Below are positions 35,301-46,582 of a DNA stretch of 64,000 bases, piece by piece. Origin of the DNA: Macrostomum lignano (Eukaryota); contig NIVC01000617.1 of assembly GCA_002269645.1 (NCBI GenBank), positions 1-64,000 of the forward strand. The letters are read 5' to 3'. How positions within the stretch are numbered: position 1 is the stretch's first letter; each line of letters opens with the position of its first letter. The notes below the pieces were generated by a model. It was not told the origin of the DNA and did no database searches. It saw only the letters and a list, made by a program, of their open reading frames with translations. Both the position numbers and the translations under genes were made by a program.

Positions 35301-38300
35301 TTGAATCAGAAATGTGAGTACTTTCTATACCCGATTCCTAATATTCAAGAAGCATTTGCCAGCCTTGAAGGAAGCCAGCTGTTTAGTACATTCGATTTAA
35401 ATAGCGGCTACTATCAGATTCCTCTGCGTCCAGAAGATCAAGATCTGACTGCATTCGCTACGCTGCACCGCGGACAATTCGCCTATAATGTTATTCCTAT
35501 GGGACTCAGCTCAGCTCCAGCCAGCTTCATGAGACTTATGAATGCTGTGCTCAACGGGATAGCCTACAAAAGTGCAATTGCCTATTTAGATGATGTCATT
35601 GTCTACTCCAAGAAGTTCAACGACTCTTCAACATATGGAAGAAGTTTTCAAACGAGTGCAAGACGCCAACTTAAAGTTCAAAGGCAAGAAGTGCCATTTA
35701 TTTTGGGAAAGTCTAAATTATTTGGGACACCTAGTAACTAAGGACGGCATCAAGACCGATCCGGCGAAAATTGAAGCAATCCAAACCTGGCCAAGACCAA
35801 GAACAGCCCGGCAACTTAAAAGCTTTGTCTGCACGTGCGCTTATTATGCTAAATTTGTACCCGGCTACGCAGAACTTGCAGCTCCGCTCCATGATTTGAT
35901 CAAAGAAAAGAAAATTCGGAATTTCAATTGTCTATGGGGAAAAGCCCAGCAAGACGCGTTCAACCAGCTCAAGGCAGCTATGACTTCGACATCAGTGCTC
36001 GCGTATCCGCAGTTCAGCGAGGATTCTGAAGTAATGTTTATCTTGAACACGGATGCTTCTGCGACCAGGATCGGAGCCTGCCTGAGCCAACGCCAAGCTG
36101 ATGGAATCGAGCGCCCAATTTCTCCCGGCGACTCAAGCCAGCCAAAGCCCACTATCCGATTACGAAGCAGGAACTATTGGCAGTCGTAGACGGAATGCGA
36201 CACTTCCGCTTCTACCTGCTAGCCAAAAAGTTCATCTGCGGAACCGACCATGCCGCACTAACCTGGATCCTGAGACAAACTCAACAGGTTGGAATTTTTG
36301 GAAGATGGCTACAACACCTAAGCGAATTCGAGTTCGAGATCCAGCACCAAAAGTCGAGTCAGCATCAGAATGCCGATGGCCTCTCGAGACGGCCTGAGGA
36401 CGACGCTGAATGCATGGAGGAGGCTCAGCCCGAGGCAGCTGCAGTCGAGGACCAAAGTAAGCAGCCAGCCGCGATAACTGGCGCAGCGGCGCCAAAGGTC
36501 CACGACAGCAGCCACCCTAGTCCTCCACCGAGCAAGAAGCGACCGACCCGCCGTCACCGACGAAAGCCGCCGACGAAATCAACTGAGTCCAACGGCGAGA
36601 CTACGCCGCCCGCAACACCGACAGCTGAAAGCAAGCCGCTGACAGAGCTGCATCCGCCGGCGACGAAGTCGAGGCCATCTGCCAGTCGTTACCGGGACTC
36701 ACAGAGGTCGCCCACCAGCTTTAGCAGTTTGACATGTTGCCCCATTAGGAGCCACCGACTACTAGCTGAAGGTGACGAGGACAGCGACCACAGTGCAGCC
36801 AGAGATGACCACTGCCAACCCGCTCGCTGCCCTAAGTTCAAGAAGGTAAGATTCAGCAGCAACGCCGACAGCTCCGCTGACTCATCATTATCTGCTGACG
36901 ATTCAAATTCCAACGACAGTGACGCCGAAGCCACCGACACGGATCGGCCTTTAAAGACAGCAATGGCCCGGTCACCGGTCCAAGTAGCGACCATGCGTAG
37001 GGAGCTCCTGACCCCGAACCATGCCGCCAAAGCCGATGCCGCGCCAGCAAATCCTACAGACAGACGCCGTACTCTGAATCTAACAGATCACATCCCGAGG
37101 CCAGTCACTCGCGAGGAGCTCCAGACCCATCAGCGTGCTGACTCCCCATTGCCATGGTGATCAATCTATTGGAAACCCGACAACCAAAACCGCCGATGAA
37201 CCAATGTCTGAACATGACGAGAAATGAACGGAACCTGTTAGCATTTTACGAACAATTAGAAGTCCAAGACGATGGACTATTAGTTATACATCTCGACGAT
37301 GTCGGAGAAGAGGACGAAGCGCGAATCATCCTGCCGAAGAGTCTTGATGCCACCGTGTTCGCTGACCTGCATGGTTCGCCCTACTGCGGACACATGGGCC
37401 GAGACCTTACCATCGCTAAGGTGCGCGAGCGTTTCTGGCGACCTGCCCTGGCCAAGGCAGTGTCCGACTATGTCGCTTCCTGCCAGACCTGCACTTTAAG
37501 CAAAGGACGGCGGAGAATTCCGGCGCATGTACAGTCATTCCCGTCTGCAAAATCTATAGGTGATGCGCTATTGACATCTTGGGCCCCACTGGAGATCCGA
37601 CAGATCGAGGCAATAAGTACATCCTCACCTACGTCGACACGACGTCGAAGTACCCATTCGCTTTCGCCATGAAGAACCAGCGCGCTAAGACAATAATCAC
37701 GCTCCTGCAAGAGCAAGTCTTTCCAATCACCGGAATTCCCGCTTGGATTCACTCGGATCAAGGCAAGCAATTTACAGGGCATGAGTTCCGACACTTCTGC
37801 GAAGTCTACGGTATCAGGCAGACAACGACGCCACCATACTGGCCCTGGGCAAACGGACAAGCCGAATTGTGCAATAAGAATATTAAGAAAGTGCTCACCT
37901 GTCTCCTTGAAGACCACCAACAGTGGGACAAAATGTTGCCAGCTGCTTTGACTGCACTAAGATCCGCCGTCAATCGTACCACCGGGTTCTTGCTGCACTA
38001 TGTAGTCTACGGAGTGCCTTATCGATACCCTATCGACAACACCCTAGACCGCCTAGACGTATCAGCTGACCTCCCAGAGTACATCGCTAAACATCAGCAC
38101 AGACTGGCCGAGACTGAGCGCATTGTTCGCCAGCGACTGAGAGCAGAGATCCAACGCCAAGAAGAGTTGTACTATGAAAACGGCCGAAGCCAGTAGAACT
38201 GCAGCCCGGAGATTTGGTCTGCCTGGCCAACCCGAAGCTCGAGTTGGGAGAGCTGCCAAAATTCCACTGGCCGTATAAGATCGTTAAGAAAGTCGCAAAG

Positions 38301-39400
38301 TCGCTTATTGGATTAAACCTGCCACAGCACGATGAGGACGCCCAGCCGAAGTACTTGTACACTGGAACAATATTATCAAAGTGCCGCAATCAATGGCTGA
38401 ACGACCACAGGAGCCGCCGCAACCAACTGAGCGGCCGATGTTGCCCTGCAAGTCGAGCGAGAAAAGCGAAACGGATTCAATTAATCAGTCCGCACTAGAG
38501 CCGCAGGCCGCAGCTCAGCCTGATCTTCAAGGCAGCCAATTATTCGAACCTAGCCTGCGCCATCCTGAAGTGCTAGAAGAAGACGACCCGGACCTGCCAG
38601 ACATTGAATGGAGGTTGAAATTCAAGGTAATTAACTGCGAAATTTATATATGTGCGCTTTCTGCGAATTTTACTTGCGCACTACTGCCAGTAGCCACGTT
38701 TGCGAATTTGTTTATTTCCCTGCCACTGTAAAACCTTCTCTGCACCCGCTAATGTGCTGAAGGTTAGTGTTTTTCTAATTTGACCTTATGCCTGAGGGAT
38801 AAAGGCAGCTTTTCTTTGTAATTTTACCTTATGCCTGAGGGATAAAGGCAGCTTTTCTCTGTAATTTTACCTTATGCCTGAGGATAAAGCAGCTTTTCTC
38901 TGTAATTTTACCTTATGCCTGAGGGATAAAGGCAGTTTCTCTGTAATTTTACCTTATGCCTGAAGGATAAAGGCAGTTTATCTAATTTGTCCTTAAGCTT
39001 TCCGGTTAAAAGCAGCATCTATCTATTTCTACGTGCTCATGCTTATGCGATGCGTTACAATAAGCTGCACCCTCGCGTTTCCTATTTAGCCTTAGGCTTT
39101 CTGGTAAAAGCCTGCACAAGTGCGTTATTTATCCCCATGCGATACAATATTTCGGCGTGAATTTTCCTGTTTGATCTGCGAAATTTTGCTGTAATTTTCT
39201 GTTCATGCCCAAAGTGCTGAAAGTGGTATGAGCATGCTCATTTCTGTAATATATATTCGCATGCTAAATTTCATTATTTTGTAAACCTTCTCACTCCTTG
39301 ATTAAAGCTGAAGGTAATTTTGTTCAACCCGCCATTTTGACTGCCCTGCGCACCCGGGTCAGCCAACTTGTTTGAGCTCTGTTCCTAGTGGGGGCATCTA
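32324..39400 (+). mobile_element. Degenerate Ty3/gypsy LTR retrotransposon internal region (gag-PR-RT-RNaseH-IN)
   Basis: Putative PBS TGGTGGCAGCG at 32324. Gag from ATG 32725, with zinc knuckle CYRCNCEHRGEEC (~33982). Protease LLDTG (~34270), RT YLDD (~35582), RNase H TDAS (~36050), integrase HGSPYCGH...C..C, VDTTSKY, HSDQGKQF and NGQAE. Multiple stops and frameshifts. No matching LTR pair could be identified. Confidence 0.95.
38781..38990. repeat. ~43-bp tandem repeat in the gypsy 3' non-coding region, about 5 copies
   Basis: TTTACCTTATGCCTGAGGGATAAAGGCAGC recurs. Confidence 0.85.
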
Positions 39401-39683
39401 AGGTGACTCGAGGCTCCAGATCTCTGTTCAGATCGAGCCGAGCTTGGGAAAATTCTCCCAGTGTCTTTTTCCTTTTGTTTGTATAGCTTCTCATGGAGAT
39501 CTACCTACTATTTGGTTAAACTATTATTCAGCTACTTCCTATTATTAAAGCTAGTTAGGAACCTCAGTTTGTTACTAATGGTCAGTCAGTTGTCTAAATT
39601 TCTAACTTGTATTTGCAAACTCTGATGCGCCGCCCCTGTGCTACCCCCCCCATTCGTGTGAGCCCATTTGGGGCCTTCTCATT

Positions 39684-40231
39684 NNNNNNNNNNNNNNNNN
39701 NNNNNNNNNNNNNNNNNNNNNNNNNNNNNNNNNNNNNNNNNNNNNNNNNNNNNNNNNNNNNNNNNNNNNNNNNNNNNNNNNNNNNNNNNNNNNNNNNNNN
39801 NNNNNNNNNNNNNNNNNNNNNNNNNNNNNNNNNNNNNNNNNNNNNNNNNNNNNNNNNNNNNNNNNNNNNNNNNNNNNNNNNNNNNNNNNNNNNNNNNNNN
39901 NNNNNNNNNNNNNNNNNNNNNNNNNNNNNNNNNNNNNNNNNNNNNNNNNNNNNNNNNNNNNNNNNNNNNNNNNNNNNNNNNNNNNNNNNNNNNNNNNNNN
40001 NNNNNNNNNNNNNNNNNNNNNNNNNNNNNNNNNNNNNNNNNNNNNNNNNNNNNNNNNNNNNNNNNNNNNNNNNNNNNNNNNNNNNNNNNNNNNNNNNNNN
40101 NNNNNNNNNNNNNNNNNNNNNNNNNNNNNNNNNNNNNNNNNNNNNNNNNNNNNNNNNNNNNNNNNNNNNNNNNNNNNNNNNNNNNNNNNNNNNNNNNNNN
40201 NNNNNNNNNNNNNNNNNNNNNNNNNNNNNNN
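39684..40231. other. Assembly gap (548 N)
   Basis: Run of N. Confidence 1.
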
Positions 40232-40960
40232 AGCATCCGAGGTCAGCATTCGGACAGAAGACCCACAACTCGGACAGCTCCCGTCGGTGGCCAAGTCCGG
40301 CAAGCATCGGTCACGACAAACCCAACGCTGACGTTCGCCATCGACATTACTGTCGTTGTCCTGGTCTGTTGTTCCCGGACAGGGCCCGCAGTGTGTCGGA
40401 TGCAAGCTGTTTACGCAGACCTGGCACAGTCTGAATCCTTGCGGGCGTCTGGAAGCAGTTGACCAACAGTCCTTTGCAGGCTTTGCAGACAAAATAATTG
40501 GGACTGCTGATGGAGACACAGGCTTGGCACACAGGGCTCTGTCTGATAGCTCCATTGATCTGGAGTAGGTGGGAAGGTAAGCAGCTAAAGATTTAAGCTG
40601 GAATTATATTAACGGAAGCGTTAAAATGTGTCTATCGAATCTATGCTTAGTCTATATGTTCCGATCAAAAACACTCAATCCCTGTGTGCAGAGGTACTCT
40701 TTACAACAGAAAACTTTATGAAAGTACGCATACTTTCAGCTTACAAAACTCACTTTCCCAAGAATTAAAATAATTAAGTTTTCAAAGTTTGATAGCAAAT
40801 AGCAAACATATCATTTTTGTATTTAATAAAATGCTGGACAATGCAGTGTCTATTTAATTTACTAATTAAACAAGTAGTTCAGTATACTCGTAGAGCATGT
40901 AATTTTGCCGCGTAAAGTAAATGCACAAATTTTGACAGCTACGGTTTCTTATCCTCAGCC

Positions 40961-41485
40961 TCAAGCCAGCTTGTACATACTGCCCTGCATTGTTAGCCGG
41001 CCATCTCGAACTTTCTCGTCCAGAAAGTTTTTCAATTTCTGCTGATCCAATTCCACGTTGGATCAACTAGGAACAGCTGCAGCATAGTGCGGATCCGCTC
41101 CACTGACATGCACGAGTCCATGTTGGTCAGCATGCCCACCACGTAGTTCCACAGGCACTCCCACGTCTCCTCAGACCCGTCGCCTGCGCCGGCGTCTCCG
41201 TCCGCTTCGACTTCTTCCTCGGCTGCCGTCTCCGACATTGACGAATCCGCGGTGGGGGCGGCTTCGGCGGCCGAGTGAGTTGAGTCAACTAAGCGAAACC
41301 GCTCCGGCCGGGGCTCGGAAAGAATCCCCTGGAGGGATTTTTTATGGTTCAAGAGTGTTATAGGCTGTCGTTTGTTCTACTGATAGGAGAATTCAGCCCG
41401 TGTGTCATTGTGTCTGTCTGTCTGTCTGTCTGGTCTGGTCTGTCTGTCTGTCTGTCTGGTCTGGTCTGTCTGTCTGTCTGGTCTG

Positions 41486-41543
<58 letters not shown>

Positions 41544-41564
41544 TTATCTGTCTGTCTGTCTGTG

Positions 41565-41631
<67 letters not shown>

Positions 41632-44600
41632 TTATCTGTCTGTCTGTCTGTGTGTCTGTCTTAGTGTTTCAGTGTTTTAGTGCCTGTCTATCTGTCTTAG
41701 TGTCTGTTTGTTTGTCTTAGTGTCTTAGTGTTGGTGTCTTAGCCTGCCAATAATCATATATTATCGCCAATTCACCTGCTGCAGCCAGAAGCCAATATTT
41801 CTCCTAGCATAGGATGGCTGCATCTGGGCGGCCTCGGCCAGTTCAGTCAAACTGAGCTCCCTGTGCTCAAGAAAAGCGGTTAGGATAGCGTACTGAGCCG
41901 GTTTGCAGGTGAGCTCCAGCTCCCTGCCAGCCAGTTCAATCCTGACCGTGACCCGACCCAGCTGCGGGCGCCACTCCAATCCCCGGTTGCACTTTTGCGC
42001 CTTGTAGCGAGCGGCGAATCGTTCGCCTGCGGCGGCCAGCTGCGCGGGCAGAGCGGACATTCTGCGGGGCGCGAATGCCGGCCAGAATTGCAGGGATAAA
42101 ATCAGGGCGGAGACTTGGAATGCTTCGGTCACGTGATGCTGCGACTGCTGCTGCCGATCGCTGCCGACTTCGCCGCTGTTGCCGCCGGAGCCGATGAGGG
42201 TGCACAGCCGACGGGAGTCTTCGATGTCTTTCAGCATCACCTTGAAGAGGAGGGGGAGATTAGTAAAAAGTGCTCTACGGGATTCATTGTAATGGAATCT
42301 TCAAAACCCATCATATCCGCTCTCTTTACCTATTAAATCCACCCGCTCTCTACCTGTCAGATCCACTCTCTCTACCTGTCAGATCCACTCTCTCTACCTG
42401 TCAGATCCACTCTCTCTACCTGTCAGATCCGCTCTCTCTACCTGTCAGATCCACTCTCTCTACCTGTCAGATCCGCTCTCTCTACCTGTCAGATCCGCTC
42501 TCTCTACCTGTCAGATCCACTCTCTCTACCTGTCAGATCCACTCTCTCTACCTGTCAGATCCACTCTCTCTACCTGTCAGATCCGCTCTCTCTACCTGTC
42601 AGATCCACTCTCTCTACCTGTCAGATCCGCTCTCTCTACCTGTCAGATCCGCTCTCTCTACCTGTCAGATCCACTCTCTCTACCTGTCAGATCCGCTCTC
42701 TCTACCTGTCAGATCCGCTCTCTACCTGTCAGATCCACTCTCTGTACCTATCAGATCCGCTCTCTACCTATCAGATCTACCTATGAGTTACTACTTATCA
42801 GTCTACTATTTACTATCTACTAGTCTACTACTTGAGTCTACTCTCTACCCTTCAGATCCACTCTCTCTACCCAGCAAATCTGCTTTCTATCAGTAGATCC
42901 GCTCTCTACCTTTCCGATCCGCTCTCTACCTTTCCGATCCGCTCTCTACCTTTCCGATCCGCTCTCTACCTTTCCGATCCGCTCTCTACCTTTCCGATCC
43001 GCTCTCTACCTTTCCGATCCGCTCTCTACCTTTCCGATCCGCTCTCTACCTGTCAGATCCGCTCTCTACCTGTCAGATCCGCTCTCTACCTGTCAGATCC
43101 GCTCTCTACCTCTCAGATCCGCTCTCTACCTGTCAGATCCGCTATAATCGACGCATCAAAATGCCACCCAAAAGCTCACCTCGCATTTAATCAGATCGAT
43201 CTCGCCAAATCTTAATTTGAGCAGCTCAACATTTTTAATCTCCCGATCAATTTTAAAGCTGAGATTGTCCAACAGCCGGCTGGCCAGCATGCTCTGGTAC
43301 TCGTGAATAAACAGTCGCTTCGAGCCGTAGATTCCGACTAGCAGGGACAGCAGGTCGGGCGGCTGGCGGCTCAGGCTGCCGCAGCTGCTGTAGGCCTCCA
43401 CTGGATCCGGCCGCCAAGCGTCGAAGTCCTGTCCGGGATCGTCGACACTCTCGGCGGAGTTCTCGCCCAGCCCAGCAAGCGGGCCGCTTCTGGTGAGCTC
43501 GGCGGCCAGATCGTCCGAGCCGCCGGCGCCGGACTCGTCCCCGATCATCTTGCTGATGATGGCCCGGATCGTGTCCTCCCGGCGGCGAAGGTATTCGGCT
43601 ACCTGCGGCGGTTGTTGTTAGGGAGGGCATGGGAGACTTTGTTACATGGGGACTTCGGGATCTGGGAGGCTGGCCCAGCAACTGAGGATCTGGGAGGCTG
43701 GCCCAGCAACTGAGGATCTGGGAGGCTGGCCCAGCAACTGAGGATCTGGGAGGCTGGCTCAGCAACTGGGAATCTGGGAGGCTGGCCCAGCAACTGAGGA
43801 TCTGGGAGGCTGGCCCAGCAACTGACACTCTGGGAGGCTGGCCCAGCAACTGAGGATCTTGGAGGCTGGCCCAGCAACTGAGGATCTGGGAGGCTGGCCC
43901 AGCAACTGACACTCTGGGAGGCTAGCCCAGCAACTGAGGATCTTGGAGGCTGGCCCAGCAACTGACACTCTGGGAGGCTCTGGCACTCTGGGACCCAGCA
44001 ACACACAGCAGCAGCCAGGGCCCTGCATCGGCCCGCAGCAACTCACGGAGCCCAGCGCCAGCTCCTGAGACACGCCAGACGGGTCGAGAATCCTCAGCGA
44101 GCGCACGGCGCCAATGTAGGCGCTGAGAATGTCCAGAGTGGCCACTCCCGGATGCAGCAGACGTTGCTCAACATCGGATCGAAGAGTTCGCACCATTTTC
44201 GGCCTGAGATCCGGGACCTTCTCTATGCAGGCAGCCAGGTCCTTGAGCCCGCATTCAGAGTCGGGATAGTCAATGGTCATGGAGAAGAGCTCTCGGATTC
44301 TGGCCTCGCCAAACACTCGATACGGCAGGAGGTTGGCCGACTGGCCAAGGACTCCCACCCGACTAGGCGGCGGCGGCGGGTTTCTATTCCGTTGGAATTC
44401 CTCAGTCCAGCGCTGCTCCAGATGTCCGTGGAGTTGCAGTACGCGGTCCAGGTGACTCTCAGAAAAGCTGTGCGAGCACTCTTTGGCTACGTAGGCGGAT
44501 AGGCCGCGACGAATGAAAGCGGCGCCGTGGTCAAGCAGCAGCCGGCGGCGCAGTTGAAGCCGATCGAGCAGCCTGCCGCAGTGCTGCGCGATGCTTCTGA

Positions 44601-45202
44601 CCTCCTCTTCTGCTTCTAGTAGAGACGAGGATTCGTCTTCATTTTCGGCGAAAGTCAAGTCCAAATAGCGGGCAACGTAGGTAGAGAAGTTTCGACGGGT
44701 TTTATCGACCAATATTTGCTGACTTGGCTGGTCTGATGACTGGCCTAGCAACTGTTTAGAGATGGGGGAAGTGTGGATATTTGAAGGTCAAAATATTAAC
44801 ATAGGCGTGATAATTGCATAGCAAACTGGTTACTAACCCGGCTAGGAGCGAACAGCAGCAGGCGAACGCCGCGAAGCATTTCAGCCGGTAGCTGCTGCCG
44901 AGTGTCGTCGCCTTCGCGAGTACCAGCGGCGCCAGCTGCGGTTGGCGGCACTGATAAGGCAGGACGCAGTCGAGCAGGCATTGCAAGCTCGATGCCAGAG
45001 CTCGCATAGCTGAGACAGCGGCGGCGGCGTCTAAAGCGGCATCCTCCGGACACGACATCGCTGGCTCAGCAAAGTGACTCCAGAACCGGTTGAAACCGGT
45101 TTCTAACAACTCGCATTGCGCATTCCACGATGCCAAAATTGGCATTAGTGACGTGTGCTGTTGGTCTGTACTGTCGCTTGTTGGACAGGAGATTTGTAAC
45201 AT
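40961..45202 (-). CDS. ANAPC2: Anaphase-promoting complex subunit 2 (cullin homology + C-terminal winged helix)
   Basis: Exons ~44838-45202 (donor uncertain), 44047-44751 (LFSMTIDYPDS...LRSDVEQRLLHPGVATLDIL), 43180-43602 (YLRRREDT...LLVGIYGSKRLFIHEYQSMLASRLL...LLKLRFG), 41776-42240 (VMLKDIEDSRR...FWP...LEWRPQLG) and 40961-41328 (WNYVVGMLTN...LDEKVRDG). There is one -1 indel at ~41057. Confidence 0.93.
41411..41735. repeat. (TCTG)n microsatellite in ANAPC2 intron
   Basis: Directly visible. Confidence 0.97.
42343..43143. repeat. 20-22-bp minisatellite (TCTCTCTACCTGTCAGATCC[A/G]C) in ANAPC2 intron
   Basis: Directly visible. Confidence 0.95.
43657..43980. repeat. 28-bp minisatellite (TCTGGGAGGCTGGCCCAGCAACTGAGGA) in ANAPC2 intron
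   Basis: Directly visible. Confidence 0.95.
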
Positions 45203-45899
45203 TTTTCAAATTTATTTAGCGCTACATGCAGTAGAGTGATTCGGATTAAAATGCATTTCAACAGTATAACGTTATACTAATTTAAAACATTTTGGCAACC
45301 TTACGCTACTAAAAGTAGGGTAATTTGGGTGTTGACATATAAATAAAATGTAACAGTAAAAAATCCTGTTAAATTTCAACATTTGGTAATTTAACGCTAC
45401 TGAAAGTAGTGTATTGCGCTTAGCGCAAACCTGGCACCGTAAACAAACAATAACTACTATACTAACTTCTATACTATTATTTCTTTAAAGTTTAAATAAA
45501 ATCAAGTCTTCAACACAATTCTCAACAGTCAAACGCAATTGCCCGCGCCAACTTTACTTGCATCAATATATAGATAAATGTATCAGATTTATATATCAAT
45601 TATGGCACAAGAACAATGAAAACAATTAAAATTTTACTAATGATTCTCAAAATGTCAATCTGCGAGACCAGACCTCAATAACACGAGAGATAAGAATCAG
45701 TTAGAATAAAATTCCTATGTAATTTTTCATTTAAAATGTTACATTGAACGATTAGAGGAACATGGAATTAGATAAACTTATAACTACGAGCGACACATAT
45801 AATAAGACCCTAGTAGAAGTACATATGAACTCGAGCCAACGCAATAGGATTAAGGATACTCAAGGTAAATCCAACACAGGCAGACATACTATCCCTCAG

Positions 45900-46522
45900 A
45901 CTGACCTTCAGGTGCGCTATTTGCTTAATCATCCTGACCTTCAGGTGCCGCTATTTGCCCTATCATCCTGACCTTCAGGTGCCGCTATTTGCCCTATCAT
46001 CCTGACCTTCAGGTGCCGCTATTTGCCCTATCATCCTGACCTTCAGGTGCCGCTATTTGCCCTATCATCCTGACCTTCAGGTGCCGCTATTTGCCCTATC
46101 ATCCTGACCTTCAGGTGCCGCTATTTGCCCTATCATCCTGACCTTCAGGTGCCGCTATTTGCCCTATCATCCTGACCTTCAGGTGCCGCTATTTGCCCTA
46201 TCATCCTGACCTTCAGGTGCCGCTATTTGCCCTATCATCCTGACCTTCAGGTGCCGCTATTTGCCCTATCATCCTGACCTTCTGGTGCCGCTATTTGCCC
46301 TATCATCCTGACCTTCAGGTGCCGCTATTTGCCCTATCATCCTGACCTTCAGGTGCCGCTATTTGCCCTATCATCCTGACCTTCAGGTGCCGCTATTTGC
46401 CCTATCATCCTGACCTTCAGGTGCCGCTATTTGCCCTATCATCCTGACCTTCAGGTGCCGCTATTTGCCCTATCATCCTGACCTTCAGGTGCCGCTACTT
46501 GTCCTATCATCCTGACCTTCAG
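45900..46522. repeat. 34-bp near-perfect minisatellite between TMEM208 and ANAPC2, ~18 copies
   Basis: CCTGACCTTCAGGTGCCGCTATTTGCCCTATCAT repeated almost without variation. Confidence 0.97.
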
Positions 46523-46582
46523 ACACCTCTCCAATTGCTACATTCACCAGCTCACAGCTTCAGTAAACCGACACCGCCTTCA

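Noticed and set aside
39594-40555. Long ORFs of 185-304 aa
   Set aside because: They span the N gap and are artefacts of X translation.
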